Source: Candidatus Aminicenantales bacterium (GTDB lineage Bacteria; Acidobacteriota; Aminicenantia; Aminicenantales; Saccharicenantaceae). Taken from it: a DNA stretch of 64,000 nt. Every line of letters starts with the position of its first letter. The first letter of the stretch is position 1. The translations under genes and the position numbers were made by a program. Of the stretch, positions 26,926 to 37,584 are shown one piece after another. The DNA lies in NCBI GenBank assembly GCA_049512315.1, contig JBEKXF010000001.1, positions 1 to 64,000 on the forward strand, read 5' to 3'. The notes under the pieces were generated by a model. That model ran no database searches and had not been told where the DNA came from. It saw nothing but the letters and a program-made list of their open reading frames with translations.

Positions 26926-28155
26926 ATGATGAGCGAAAGCTCGAACCCCTCCTCCAACACCCGATCCTTCGCCCCGACCTTTTGGAACAGGGATTTCCTG
27001 CTGGGGATCTTCGGTTTTTTCTGCCTCTACATGGCGGTTTCGCTGTTTTTCCTTCTGCCCGTGTTTCTCAAGCAGTTCGGGCCCCGGCAGAGCCAAATCG
27101 GGCTGATCATGGGGATCTTCAGCATCGTCGCCATCACGGTCCGCCCCCTGTTCGGCCGGATGATCGACGTTCGCGGCGGGAAACCGATCGCCCTGGCTGG
27201 GATCGCCATCCTTTTCCTGGGCGTGCCGTTCTTCCATCTTGTCCGGGACGCCGGGTGGCTGCCCCTTCTCCTTCGGGCCTTCACGGGCATCGGCTGGGGG
27301 GTCAGCATGTCGGCCACCATCTCCATGTGCTCGGACCTGGGCCCGGCCGACCGGCTCGCCCGGACCATGGGGGTCATCGGCGTCGCCGGCCTCGTCGCCA
27401 ACGCCCTCGGCCCGCTCGTCGCCGAGGAGATCAGCGGCCGGTTCGGGTTCGGCTGGGTCTTCAACGCCGCTCTCCTCTTCCTCGCGGCGGCGTTCCTCTG
27501 CATCCTGGCCGTCCCGAGGATCGTCAGGCCGCTAGCAGAAGGTCAGGGGGCGGGATTCCGGGCCCTCGGCAAGGTGCCGCTCGCGGTCGTGCTTATCATC
27601 TCGGCCATGCCCGTCTTCCACGGCTCCATCCGCGGGGCCATCATCTACTTCATCGCCGTCTTCGGGAAGTCGATCGGCATCGAGCGGGTGGGGACCTTTT
27701 TCCTGGTCTTTTCACTGGCGGCGATCCTGACGCGCTTCAGGCTGGGCGACCTCTCGGACCGCTTCGGCCGGAAGGCGGTCATCCTGCCGGCGGCCTTGAT
27801 CATCAGCGGGAACCTGTTCTTGATCTCCCGGATCCAATCGACCGCGCTGCTCATCGCCTCGGGCTTCATCGGCGGGATCGGGCAGGGTCTGATCTTTCCC
27901 GCCCTCAGCACCTACATCATCGACTTCATGGGCCGAGAGAACAAGGGGCTGGCGATCAGCCTGTACAATTCTCTTTTCGATGTCGGGATGGGCATCGGCT
28001 CGCCCTTTTTCGGCTGGATCTCGGACATCATGGGATACCGGCGGATGTACGTTTTCGCCGGGGCCTTGCTTCTCGTCGCGACGGCCGTCTTCATGGGCCG
28101 GGCGCCGGTCACGGAAAAACAGGACACGAGGGAGGTGCCGTATGTGTCAGGGTAA
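26926..28155 (+). CDS. MFS transporter
   Basis: About 12 TM helices; RPLFGRMIDVRG and GDLSDRFGRK motif A. Confidence 0.92.
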   Translation: MMSESSNPSSNTRSFAPTFWNRDFLLGIFGFFCLYMAVSLFFLLPVFLKQFGPRQSQIGLIMGIFSIVAITVRPLFGRMIDVRGGKPIALAGIAILFLGVPFFHLVRDAGWLPLLLRAFTGIGWGVSMSATISMCSDLGPADRLARTMGVIGVAGLVANALGPLVAEEISGRFGFGWVFNAALLFLAAAFLCILAVPRIVRPLAEGQGAGFRALGKVPLAVVLIISAMPVFHGSIRGAIIYFIAVFGKSIGIERVGTFFLVFSLAAILTRFRLGDLSDRFGRKAVILPAALIISGNLFLISRIQSTALLIASGFIGGIGQGLIFPALSTYIIDFMGRENKGLAISLYNSLFDVGMGIGSPFFGWISDIMGYRRMYVFAGALLLVATAVFMGRAPVTEKQDTREVPYVSG

Positions 28156-28732
28156 CAAAGAACCGGTCGAGATCATCGCGGGCCGGCGGACCATCCGCCA
28201 GTTCAGGCCGGAGCCGGTCGTGCGGGAGCTGCTGGAGAAGCTCGTCGATGTCGCCCGGCTGGCCCCGTCGGCGGCCAACCTGCAGCCGCTCGAATTCATT
28301 ATCGTCGATGACAAAGGGATGTGTGCCGAGATCTTCACCTGCCTGAAGTGGGCGGCCTATATCGTGCCCGAAGGCAACCCGAAGCCGGGGAACGAGCCGG
28401 CCGCCTATGTCGTGACGCTCGTGAACACCAAGATCAGGGAAAAGATGTTCGAGTACGACGTCGGCGCCGCGATGGAAAACATGGTCCTGGCGGCCCTCGC
28501 AGAGGGCGTCGGGAGTTGTTGGCTCTTGTCGATCGACCGGGATAAGCTGAAAACCATCCTCGCCATTCCCGACGGGTACCGGATCGATAGCGTCCTGGCC
28601 CTCGGCTACCCGGCGGAGGAGCCGGCCGTCGAGAATTATGTGGATTCCCAGAAATACTGGAAGGACGCCGAAGGCCGCCTTCACGTCCCGAAGCGGACGT
28701 TGACGAACGTCCTGCATGTCAACCGCTTCTAA
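28142..28732 (+). CDS. Nitroreductase family protein
   Basis: RRTIRQF, ARLAPSAANLQP, DVGAAMENM.LAA..G.GSCW, LALGYP. Confidence 0.93.
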   Translation: MCQGNKEPVEIIAGRRTIRQFRPEPVVRELLEKLVDVARLAPSAANLQPLEFIIVDDKGMCAEIFTCLKWAAYIVPEGNPKPGNEPAAYVVTLVNTKIREKMFEYDVGAAMENMVLAALAEGVGSCWLLSIDRDKLKTILAIPDGYRIDSVLALGYPAEEPAVENYVDSQKYWKDAEGRLHVPKRTLTNVLHVNRF

Positions 28733-28761
28733 TTCGGAAATTAGTATTGTGTCCCGAAATT
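28731..28761. repeat. Possible REP-like motif between convergent genes
   Basis: AT-rich AATTCGGAAATTAGTATTGTGTCCCGAAATT with imperfect terminal inverted repeats. Confidence 0.3.
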
Positions 28762-30115
28762 AGCTGCCGGCGACGGTCATCTCGGCGACCTCGATTGTCG
28801 GGCCCGTTACCGGGCTGAAGAAATCGAGGTCATTCCCGACGGCCTCGATGTCATTGAGGATTTGGCCCAGGTTCCCGGAAATCGTGATCTCCGAGACGGG
28901 ATAGGCGATCTCGCCGTCCTCCACCCATAAGCCGAAGGCGCCTCGGGAGATGTCACCGCTGACGGAGTTCAGCCCGTGGCCCAGGGTGCGGATGAGGATG
29001 AGCCCCTTCTTCGTGCCCGCGATGATGTCCTGCGGGGCGGCCGTCCCGGGCTCGAGGTAGAAGTTATTGGGGCTGACCCCGCTCCCATCGGCGTTCCCCG
29101 TGGACCGGAGCTTGAGCTTGCGGGCCGCATAGGTGTTGCAGAGATAGCTTTCGAGGATCCCCTTCCCGACGACCCGGGTCCTCCGCGACGGCAACCCGTC
29201 CGAATCGAAAGGCCTGGTCCCGAGCCCGCCGGGCATGAGCCCGTCGTCGACGACCGTGACGAACCCGTTCCCGATCTTCTGCCCGAGCCTTCCGGCGAGG
29301 AACGTCGCTTTCTGATAAACGGCCGTCCCCGAAACACAGCCGAAGAGGAATCCCATGAGCCACGACGTCTGGGTCGGCTCGAAGATGACCGGGACGTTTT
29401 GGGTCTTGATCTTTCGCGGCCGGAGCTGCCGGACGGTGCGTTCGACGGCCATTCGGGCGATCTCCTCCGGCGCGGCCAGGTCCTTGAAATGCCGCTTCGA
29501 GGAGAACCACGAATCTTCGACCCTGTTGTCCGTGCCCCCGGCCTGGAGGCCGACGCTCAGCTCGCAGTAGGTCTGCTCGTACTCGCCGACGAAACCGTTC
29601 GAGTTGGCCAGGACCGATCGGAGCTCGTTCGTGCCGAAGTTCGCCCCGTACGAATTCGTGATCCGTTTGTCCCCGAGGGCGATCCGCTCGGTCTCGCGGG
29701 CGAGGCCGATCTTCGTCTTCGGGTCCAATTCCGCAACCGCCGGGTCGAAAAGGTCGAGCGCCGCGGCGTCGACGCGCTTCTTCGCGAGCGGCGCCAGGCC
29801 CGCGAACTCGTCCGGGCTGGCGAGCGCGGCCCTCTTCACGGCGTTCCGGACCAGCCCGCGGAGCGTTCCCGGCGCGAGGTCCGAAGAGCTGGCGTAGGCC
29901 GTCCGCTTGTCCTTGATAACCTTCAATCCGCAAACGCGCGAGTCGGCCTCGACAAGATGCTCGATCTTGCCCCTGCGGACGTCGACATCGAATTCGCGGC
30001 CGTCGACGACCGAGACCTCGACTTCGTCCGCCCCGAGCTTCCGGGCGTCCCCGACGAGCCTCTCCGCCAGGGCCCGGAGGTCGGCCGGAGCTGACGGGCG
30101 GCCCGCGTCCTTCAT
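28760..30115 (-). CDS. pmbA: PmbA/TldE family protein
   Basis: TRPFDSDG, YAARKL, GDISRGAFG.WVEDGEI..PVSEITISGNL; no HExxxH. Confidence 0.88.
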   Translation of the reverse strand: MKDAGRPSAPADLRALAERLVGDARKLGADEVEVSVVDGREFDVDVRRGKIEHLVEADSRVCGLKVIKDKRTAYASSSDLAPGTLRGLVRNAVKRAALASPDEFAGLAPLAKKRVDAAALDLFDPAVAELDPKTKIGLARETERIALGDKRITNSYGANFGTNELRSVLANSNGFVGEYEQTYCELSVGLQAGGTDNRVEDSWFSSKRHFKDLAAPEEIARMAVERTVRQLRPRKIKTQNVPVIFEPTQTSWLMGFLFGCVSGTAVYQKATFLAGRLGQKIGNGFVTVVDDGLMPGGLGTRPFDSDGLPSRRTRVVGKGILESYLCNTYAARKLKLRSTGNADGSGVSPNNFYLEPGTAAPQDIIAGTKKGLILIRTLGHGLNSVSGDISRGAFGLWVEDGEIAYPVSEITISGNLGQILNDIEAVGNDLDFFSPVTGPTIEVAEMTVAGS

Positions 30116-31551
30116 GTTCGTCCTCCGACCGTCATCTTCGAGATCTTGAGGGTGGGGCAGCCGTCCGCGACCGGCACGTCCTGGCCGTCCTTGCTGCAGG
30201 TCCCGGTCTGGAGGCCGAACTCGAGGTCCGACCCGGCCATCTCGATCCGCTTCAGGATGTCGATGTTCGTCCCGATGAGCGTGGCCTGCTTGACGGGGGC
30301 CGTGAGTCTTCCGCCCTCGATGAGGTAGCCCAGGCTCACCGAGAAGGTGAATTTTCCCGAGTCTTCGACCTGGCCGCCGGAGAGGCTCGCGACGTAGAAG
30401 CCTTTCCTGACCGACCCAAGGATCTCCTCGGGTGCATACTCACCCCGGTCGATGTAGGTGTTGGCCATCCGGGGGATGGGGGCGTTGCTGTAATCCTGAC
30501 GCCGGCCGTGGCCCGTCAGGGGGCGGCCCATGAGCCCGGCCGAGAGCCTGTCCTGGAGGAGGCCGCGGACGACTCCCTTCTCGATGAGCAGGGTCCGGCG
30601 CGGCACGGTCCCTTCGTCGTCGACGTTATAGGAGCCGCGGAAGGAGGGGATCGTCGGGTCGTCATAGATCGTCACGAGGTCGGAACCGACCTTTTTCCCC
30701 ATCTTGTTCCAGAAGATCGAGGTTTTTTTCCGGTTGAAATCCGCCTCGAGGAGATGGCCGACGGCCTCGTGGATGAGGACCCCGCTGTGGCCGGGGGAGA
30801 GGACGATGGGCATCTCGCCGGCGGGCGCGTCCCCGGCCTCGAGGAGAATGACGGCCTCGTGGGCGGCCTGCTCGCCGATGGCCCGCGGCGTGAGGACCTC
30901 CTGGAAATATTCGAGGCCGACCCGGCCGCCGCCGCCCCAGAACCCGAGCTCACGCCGGCCGTTCTTCTCGGAGATCGCGACGCAGACGAGCTTGACCATG
31001 GGCCGCGTGTCGCGGACGAAAAGGCCCTCGGAGTTGAGGATCGCGATATTCGAAAGGCTGTCCTGGAAGTAGGCCTTGACCTTGACGATCCGCGCGTCGG
31101 ACTTCTGCGCCGCCCCGTAAGCCTCACGCACGAGGGCAATTTTCTTCCTGAGTCCGGCCTTGTCGGCGGGGACCGAAACCCTGTAAGCGCTGTTCGCGAG
31201 GCGCTTGTCTCTGACCCGGGCCGGGAGGGCCTTGGCTTTTCCCGAAGCGATGGCGGAGGCGGTCAGGGCCGCTTTCTCGACCTTCTCTAGGGCGAGGTCG
31301 TTGGTATAGCCGAATCCGGTCTTGTCGCCGGAGAGGACGCGGACGCCGAGGCCGAGGCTGACGCTCTCGGCCGTCTCCTTGATGATATCCTCCTCCATGT
31401 TGACGAAATCGTTCGTCCGGTGTTCCATGAATATTTCGGCGAAATCGCCGCCGCTCGACAGGGCCAGGCCGAGGACTTTGCTGAGGTCGGTCGGGTCGAG
31501 ATGAAAGTGGTCGGCATAGGACAGGGCGGGGCTTTGGGGAAGGGATCTCAT
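30112..31551 (-). CDS. tldD: TldD family metalloprotease
   Basis: GGDFAEIF.E, HEAVGH..E.D, DDEG, GRRQDY..PRMANT, CSKDGQ.VPV. Alternative start at 31578; the 730-aa track call is over-extended. Confidence 0.92.
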   Translation of the reverse strand: MRSLPQSPALSYADHFHLDPTDLSKVLGLALSSGGDFAEIFMEHRTNDFVNMEEDIIKETAESVSLGLGVRVLSGDKTGFGYTNDLALEKVEKAALTASAIASGKAKALPARVRDKRLANSAYRVSVPADKAGLRKKIALVREAYGAAQKSDARIVKVKAYFQDSLSNIAILNSEGLFVRDTRPMVKLVCVAISEKNGRRELGFWGGGGRVGLEYFQEVLTPRAIGEQAAHEAVILLEAGDAPAGEMPIVLSPGHSGVLIHEAVGHLLEADFNRKKTSIFWNKMGKKVGSDLVTIYDDPTIPSFRGSYNVDDEGTVPRRTLLIEKGVVRGLLQDRLSAGLMGRPLTGHGRRQDYSNAPIPRMANTYIDRGEYAPEEILGSVRKGFYVASLSGGQVEDSGKFTFSVSLGYLIEGGRLTAPVKQATLIGTNIDILKRIEMAGSDLEFGLQTGTCSKDGQDVPVADGCPTLKISKMTVGGRT

Positions 31552-31654
31552 CGGTTTACCGCTCACGGCGCCGTCCATTCTGGCATAATTCCCCGGCCCA
31601 GGCAAGTTGCTGAAAAATAGAAACGTCTCCCTTTTTCGTATATAATCCCAGCAA

Positions 31655-32488
31655 ATGGCAGAGCTTGAATTCGATGGGATCATCCGGGCGGCTTTGGCCG
31701 AGGACATGCCCGGGGGGGACGTCACCTCAGAGAGCATCATCCCGCCTTCCGCCGTTTCCGAAGCGGTCCTGCTGGCCAAGGAAGCCGGCGTATTGGCCGG
31801 GCTCACCGTTGCCCGGCGGGTTTTCGAGCTCGTCGACGGCCGGGTCACCTTCCAGGCCAAGGCGGAGGACGGCCTGCCGTTCCGCAAGGGCGATATCCTG
31901 GCCCACCTCAAGGGGCCGACCATCGCGCTCCTCGAGGGCGAACGGACCGCCCTAAACTTCCTCCAGCGGCTCTGCGGGATTGCGACGGCCACCCGTCGAT
32001 TCGTCGACGCCGTCTCCGGGACGAAGGCCAGGATCCTCGATACGCGGAAGACGACCCCGGGCCTGCGCCGGCTCGAGAAATACGCCGTCCGGATGGGCGG
32101 GGGGCAGAACCACCGGATGAACCTCTCCGACAGAGCCCTCATCAAGGACAACCACCTTCGCCACGTCGGGAGCATCACGGAAGCCGTCCGCCGGGCCAGG
32201 GAGAATGTCCCTTCCGGGGTCAAGGTCGAAGTCGAAGTCACGAGCTTTGAGGAGTCCCAGGAGGCGTTGGCAGCCGGAGCCGACATCGTCATGCTGGACA
32301 ACATGGCCCTGGACGAAATGAAAAGGGTTGTAGATTCTTACGCCGGCCGGACCCCCATCGAAGTCTCGGGCAACGTCACCCTTGACCGGGCCCGCGAGAT
32401 CGCCGCGATCGGCGTCGATTTCATCTCCGTGGGGGGGCTGACCCATTCCGCGAAGGCCCTGGACATCAGCCTGGAATTTCTGAGTTGA
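31655..32488 (+). CDS. nadC: Nicotinate-nucleotide pyrophosphorylase (carboxylating)
   Basis: ERTALNFLQ, DTRKTTPG, NHR..LSD..LIKDNH, IVMLDN, THSA.ALDIS. Confidence 0.96.
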   Translation: MAELEFDGIIRAALAEDMPGGDVTSESIIPPSAVSEAVLLAKEAGVLAGLTVARRVFELVDGRVTFQAKAEDGLPFRKGDILAHLKGPTIALLEGERTALNFLQRLCGIATATRRFVDAVSGTKARILDTRKTTPGLRRLEKYAVRMGGGQNHRMNLSDRALIKDNHLRHVGSITEAVRRARENVPSGVKVEVEVTSFEESQEALAAGADIVMLDNMALDEMKRVVDSYAGRTPIEVSGNVTLDRAREIAAIGVDFISVGGLTHSAKALDISLEFLS

Positions 32489-32495
32489 GAGCGAC

Positions 32496-34073
32496 ATGAG
32501 CGCGAGAGAAAAGGATCTTCAGACCGACGTCCTCGTCATCGGCTGCGGCATCGCCGGAGCGAGCGCGGCCATGGAAGCGGCCAAAGCCGGACTCCAGGTG
32601 ACGGTCCTCGCGAAGACGGCCGACATCGAGGCCTCGAACACGAAGCACGCCCAGGGCGGGATCGTCTCCCTCGGGCCGAACGATGATCCCGGGCTTCTCC
32701 GGGAGGACATCATCGAGGCCGGCGACGGCGTCAACGACCCGGAGGCCGTCGATATCCTCGTCCGAGAAGGCCACGATCTCGTTGAGAAGATCCTGATCAA
32801 GGAGCTGCACATCCCCTTTTCCCGGAGCGCCCCGGATGCCCTGGACTACGCCCAGGAGGCGGGCCATTCCCGGCGCCGCATCCTCCACGTTCGGGATGCC
32901 ACGGGCCGGACCGTCGAGGAGAAATTCATCGGCGCCCTCCGGCGCCTGCCGAACGTGACCTTTTTCCCCGACCACACGGCCGTGGATCTCCTGACCGTCC
33001 CGCACCATTCGAAAAATCCCATCGCCTATTACCGCGAGCCTCGATGCCTCGGCGCTTACGTCCTCCACAACCCCACCCAGTCGGTCAAGAGATTTTTCGC
33101 CCGCGACACGGTCCTGGCGGCGGGCGGCTGCGGGACCGTCTTCCTCCACACCTCCAACCCGCCCGAAGCTATCGGCGCGGGCTACGCCATGGCCCTCCGC
33201 GCCGGGGCCAGGATCGTCAACATGGAGTACGTCCAGTTCCACCCGACGATCCTCTATCGCCAGGACGGAGACGGGTTCCTGATCTCCGAGACCGTCCGCG
33301 GGGAGGGGGCCCGGCTCAAGACACGGGACGGCCGGACGTTCATGAAGAAATACTGTCCGGCCGGGGACCTCGCCCCGCGCGACGAAGTTTCCCGAGCGAT
33401 CTACGAAGAGATGCTCGACACCAATGCGAGTTACGTCTGGCTCGACCTCGCCTCTTACACCAAGGTGGACATCAAGAGGCGGTTCCCAACGATCTACAAG
33501 ACCTGCCTGGGATACGGCATCGACATCACCCGAGAGCCCATCCCGGTCGTTCCCGCCGCCCATTACTGCTGCGGCGGCGTCCTCGTGGACGGTTGGGGAA
33601 GAACCTCGCTCAAAGGCCTCCACGCCGTCGGAGAGGTCTCCTGCACGGGATTGCACGGTGCCAACCGACTGGCCTCGACGTCCCTCCTGGAAGGCCTTAT
33701 CTGGGGGACGCGGGCGGCGCGCGACATCGCGGGGCATTTGGACGCCTCGCGACCCTACAAGCTGTCGGATATTCACCAATGGTATTACCCCAGAAAAGAA
33801 GAGGAGTTCGACCCGGCCCTCATCAACCAGGACTGGCTGACCATCCGCTCGACCATGTGGAATTACGCCGGGATCATCCGGACCCGCAAGCGCCTGGAGC
33901 GGGCCAAGTCCGACCTGGAATACCTGCGCCACCGGATCGAGAGTTTCTACCGCGAGGCCCGGATGGACGCCAAGATCGTCGGCCTCCGGCACGGCATCGA
34001 GGTCGCCCTGATGATCACCCACGCGGCCTTGGCCAATCCCGTCAGCCGCGGCGCCCATTTTATAAAAAAATAG
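32496..34073 (+). CDS. nadB: L-aspartate oxidase
   Basis: AQGGI, EAGHSRRRILH, QFHPT, LAPRD, HGANRLASTSLLE, SRGAH; directly after nadC. Confidence 0.93.
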   Translation: MSAREKDLQTDVLVIGCGIAGASAAMEAAKAGLQVTVLAKTADIEASNTKHAQGGIVSLGPNDDPGLLREDIIEAGDGVNDPEAVDILVREGHDLVEKILIKELHIPFSRSAPDALDYAQEAGHSRRRILHVRDATGRTVEEKFIGALRRLPNVTFFPDHTAVDLLTVPHHSKNPIAYYREPRCLGAYVLHNPTQSVKRFFARDTVLAAGGCGTVFLHTSNPPEAIGAGYAMALRAGARIVNMEYVQFHPTILYRQDGDGFLISETVRGEGARLKTRDGRTFMKKYCPAGDLAPRDEVSRAIYEEMLDTNASYVWLDLASYTKVDIKRRFPTIYKTCLGYGIDITREPIPVVPAAHYCCGGVLVDGWGRTSLKGLHAVGEVSCTGLHGANRLASTSLLEGLIWGTRAARDIAGHLDASRPYKLSDIHQWYYPRKEEEFDPALINQDWLTIRSTMWNYAGIIRTRKRLERAKSDLEYLRHRIESFYREARMDAKIVGLRHGIEVALMITHAALANPVSRGAHFIKK

Positions 34074-34086
34074 CTGCTTCTGACGC

Positions 34087-34113
34087 CCGAGTTCGCGACC
34101 TCGAGAAAGAACG
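34087..34113 (+). repeat. Degenerate third copy of the dispersed intergenic repeat
   Basis: CCGAGTTCGCGACCTCGAGAAAGAACG; 21 of 27 identical to the core of the 60.7 kb copy. Confidence 0.4.
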
Positions 34114-34312
34114 CACAGGGAGGGGCGTTAAAAACCGCGATCTGGAGTAGAGGCCATCCCCGAAGCCTTGGCAAGGGACGCACCGGGCCACCCATCCTTC
34201 TTCATTTGAAGATAATCGTGGTTAATTGATGCTTATCTGCCATCTAAGGGGTAGCGGGAAACAGCAAGTTGCACTATAATAACGAAATATATCTGACCGT
34301 TTGGAGACCGTG

Positions 34313-37096
34313 ATGGCTGACAAGCTGGACGTCAAGAGCACGCTGAACCTGCCGCAGACCTCGTTCGCCATGAAGGCCTCCCTCGCCCAAAAAGAGCCGG
34401 AGATGATCAAGAAATGGGAGGGAGATGGCCTTTACGCGCGCATCCTCGAGTCAAAGAAAGGGCGGCCGGTCTTCATCCTGCACGACGGACCGCCGTACGC
34501 CAACGGCCACATCCATCTCGGCACGACCCTCAACAAGATCCTCAAGGACTTCATCGTCAAGACGAAGACGATGCAAGGACACTTTGCGCCCTACGTCCCC
34601 GGCTGGGACTGCCACGGCCTGCCGATCGAGATCCACGTCGACAGGCAGCTCGGCCCCAAGAAGGCCTCGATGGCGACGGACCAGATCCGCGAAGAGTGCC
34701 GCAAATACGCCCTCAGGTTCATCGATATCCAGAGGAAGGAGTTCAAGCGGCTCGGCGTTCTCGGCGCGTGGGATCGACCCTACCTGACGATGGATCCGGC
34801 CTACGAGGCCATGGTTCTGCGCTATCTCGCGGACTTTTTCGACCGTGGCAGCGTTTATAAGGGCAAGAGACCCGTCCACTGGTGCATCCATTGTGAGACG
34901 GCCCTGGCCGAGGCCGAGATCGAATACAGGGACAAGACTTCGCCCTCGATCTACGTCCGGTTCCCGATGATTTCCGAGCTGGCGGCGAAATATCCCGCTC
35001 TCGCGGGCAAAAATGTCTTCGCCCTTATTTGGACAACGACGCCATGGACGCTCCCGGCCAACATGGCCATTGCCTTCCACCCTGATTACGAGTATGTTGC
35101 GGCCGAGGTCGACGGTGACGTCTATCTCCTGGCCAAAAAGCTCCTGCCGGCCGTCGCTGCGGAGCTCGGCTGGAACGCGCCCAAAGTCCTGGCAACCTTC
35201 GCCGGCCGGGAGATGGAAGGGCTCAAGGCCCGCCACCCGTTTGCCGAAAGGGAGTCGGTCTTCGTCCTGGCCGATTACGTCACTCTCGAGGACGGGACGG
35301 GGGCCGTCCATACCGCGCCCGGCCACGGCCAGGACGATTACAGGACAGGCATCGCGTACGGCATTGATATCTACACGCCGGTCGACGACGAGGGGAAATT
35401 CACGCCGGACGTCACCCGCTACGCCGGGGTCGATGTTTTCACGGCAAACCCCCTCATCACAGCCGACATGAAAAAAGACGGGACGCTCCTCAAGGAAACG
35501 ACCATCAGCCATTCCTACCCCCATTGCTGGCGCTGCAAGAACCCGGTCATCTTCCGGGCCACAGAGCAGTGGTTCATCTCGATGGACAAGGGCGGTTTCC
35601 GCGAGGAGGCCCGGGCCGCCATCCGGGCCGTCCGCTGGATCCCGGAGTGGGCGGAGGAGAGGATCGACAACATGGTCGCCGGGCGGCCAGATTGGTGCAT
35701 CTCCCGGCAGCGTTCCTGGGGCGTGCCCATTCCGGCCTTCGACTGCCGCGGCTGCGGGGCCGTCCTGGCCGGCGCCGGCATCGTCCGGTATGTGGCGGGG
35801 CTATTCGAAAAAGAAGGTTCCGATACCTGGTTCCGCAAGGAGGCCGCGGCCCTGCTTCCGGCCGGAACGAAATGCCCGGCCTGCGGTGGTTCGGAATTCC
35901 GCAAGGAGATGAACATCCTCGACGTCTGGTTCGAGTCCGGGGCATCGCAGAACGTCCTCGAAAGGGAGCCGGGCCTCCGCTGGCCCGCCGACCTCTACAT
36001 CGAGGGTCATGACCAGCACCGGGGATGGTTCCAGAGCTCGCTCCTCATCGGCGTCGGGGTCAAGGGCCGGAGTCCGTTTGATAGCTGCCTCACTCACGGC
36101 TTCATCCTCGACGAGCAGGGGAGGGCCATGTCCAAGTCGCTGGGCAACGTCATCGAACCCGGCGTGATCATCGCCAGGAGCGGGGCCGAGATCCTCCGCC
36201 TCTGGGCGGCCATGCTGAACTACAAGGAGGACGCCCGGTTCGGCAAGGAGATCGAACAGCGGCTGGTCGAAGCCTACCGCAAGATCAGGAATACCTGGCG
36301 CTTCCTCCTCGGCAACCTCTCCGACTTCGACCCGGACAAGGACGCAGTCAACGAGGCCGATCTCCTCGACCTCGACCGCTGGATCCTCGAGCGGAACGAG
36401 GAGGTCGGGCGGCGCATGCGCCTGGCCTACGAGGACTTCGAGTACCATACGGTCCTCCACGCTCTCCTCGATTTCTTCACCGTGGACCTCAGCGCCTTCT
36501 ACCTCGACGTCGTCAAGGACCGGATCTACTGCTCGGCGAAGACATCCGTTCTGCGGCGGTCGGCCCAGACGGCCATGTTCGAGGTCCTTCGCCGGAGCCT
36601 GCTCTTCGGCGCGCCCATCCTGTCCTTCACCGCCGACGAGGTCTGGGCGCACGCGCCCGCCTATGCCGGAAAGGAATGGTCGGTCCACCTCGGCGAATTC
36701 CCGCCGGAGCGGAGCTGGCTTGGGAACCGGGGCCAGGCATTCATCGAAGACATGAAGGGACTCCTCGCCGTCCGGGAGACGGTCCTTAAGGAGCTCGAAA
36801 AATCACGGGGCGAGGGTCTTGTCGGGAATTCCCTCGAGGCCAAGGTCACTCTCGGGGCCCCCGAATCCCTGGCCGGCCTTCTCGGGAAATACAGGGACGA
36901 TCTTCCCGCCCTGTTCATCGTCTCGGCGGTCGTCTTGGAGAACAAGGCCGCATCGGACCTCGAGGTCGGGATCGAGCGGGCTCCCGGCGCAAAGTGCGAG
37001 AGATGCTGGAACTACTCGACGTTCGTCGGTCAAAGCCGGGAGCACCCGACCTTGTGCGCCCGCTGCGAGGCCGTGGTCAAGGCGATCGTCCCGTGA
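34313..37096 (+). CDS. ileS: Isoleucine--tRNA ligase (type 1)
   Basis: HDGPPYANGHIHLG, PGWDCHGLP, WTTTPWTLP, AMSKSLGN, C-terminal CERCW..C.RC zinc finger. Confidence 0.98.
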   Translation: MADKLDVKSTLNLPQTSFAMKASLAQKEPEMIKKWEGDGLYARILESKKGRPVFILHDGPPYANGHIHLGTTLNKILKDFIVKTKTMQGHFAPYVPGWDCHGLPIEIHVDRQLGPKKASMATDQIREECRKYALRFIDIQRKEFKRLGVLGAWDRPYLTMDPAYEAMVLRYLADFFDRGSVYKGKRPVHWCIHCETALAEAEIEYRDKTSPSIYVRFPMISELAAKYPALAGKNVFALIWTTTPWTLPANMAIAFHPDYEYVAAEVDGDVYLLAKKLLPAVAAELGWNAPKVLATFAGREMEGLKARHPFAERESVFVLADYVTLEDGTGAVHTAPGHGQDDYRTGIAYGIDIYTPVDDEGKFTPDVTRYAGVDVFTANPLITADMKKDGTLLKETTISHSYPHCWRCKNPVIFRATEQWFISMDKGGFREEARAAIRAVRWIPEWAEERIDNMVAGRPDWCISRQRSWGVPIPAFDCRGCGAVLAGAGIVRYVAGLFEKEGSDTWFRKEAAALLPAGTKCPACGGSEFRKEMNILDVWFESGASQNVLEREPGLRWPADLYIEGHDQHRGWFQSSLLIGVGVKGRSPFDSCLTHGFILDEQGRAMSKSLGNVIEPGVIIARSGAEILRLWAAMLNYKEDARFGKEIEQRLVEAYRKIRNTWRFLLGNLSDFDPDKDAVNEADLLDLDRWILERNEEVGRRMRLAYEDFEYHTVLHALLDFFTVDLSAFYLDVVKDRIYCSAKTSVLRRSAQTAMFEVLRRSLLFGAPILSFTADEVWAHAPAYAGKEWSVHLGEFPPERSWLGNRGQAFIEDMKGLLAVRETVLKELEKSRGEGLVGNSLEAKVTLGAPESLAGLLGKYRDDLPALFIVSAVVLENKAASDLEVGIERAPGAKCERCWNYSTFVGQSREHPTLCARCEAVVKAIVP

Positions 37097-37584
37097 AGAA
37101 GACAACCTCGTATTTCGTCTTCATCCTGTTCCTGGTCGCCCTCGACCAGGCCGTCAAGGCCGTCATTGCCCGGACCGTGGACCTTTACGAGAACCTGATC
37201 GTCATCCCGGGGTTCTTCAACATCACCCGGATCCACAACCGGGGGGCCATCTTCGGCGCCTTCAATCAGATGAACAACAGGGCCGTGTTCAAGGTCCTGA
37301 CCGCGGCGTCCCTCCTGGCCTTGGGCCTCGTCGTTTATTATTTTTTCAAGACGCCACCGTCCGACCGGCTGATGAAGATCTCGCTGTCGCTGATCCTGGC
37401 CGGGGCCCTGGGCAACATCGTCGATCGGATCGCCCGGGGCTACGTCGTCGACTTTCTGGATTTCCACATCCGCGATGCCCACTGGCCTTTCTTCAACGTG
37501 GCCGATTCCTGCATCACCATCGGCGCCGTCCTCATGATCTTCATTTTTTTCAGGAGAAGACCGGCATGCACCCCATCCTCTTGA
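37093..37584 (+). CDS. lspA: Lipoprotein signal peptidase
   Basis: LDQ..K, N.GA.FG, GALGNIVDR...GYVVDFL, FNVAD; GTGA overlap with ileS. Confidence 0.95.
   Translation: MKKTTSYFVFILFLVALDQAVKAVIARTVDLYENLIVIPGFFNITRIHNRGAIFGAFNQMNNRAVFKVLTAASLLALGLVVYYFFKTPPSDRLMKISLSLILAGALGNIVDRIARGYVVDFLDFHIRDAHWPFFNVADSCITIGAVLMIFIFFRRRPACTPSS

Noticed and set aside
31655..34073. nadC-nadB without nadA
   Set aside because: nadA is often unlinked; nothing can be concluded from this window.
34074..34312. T-box leader upstream of ileS
   Set aside because: No GGTGGNACC T-box or terminator, and a TATAAT lies only ~35 nt from the start codon.
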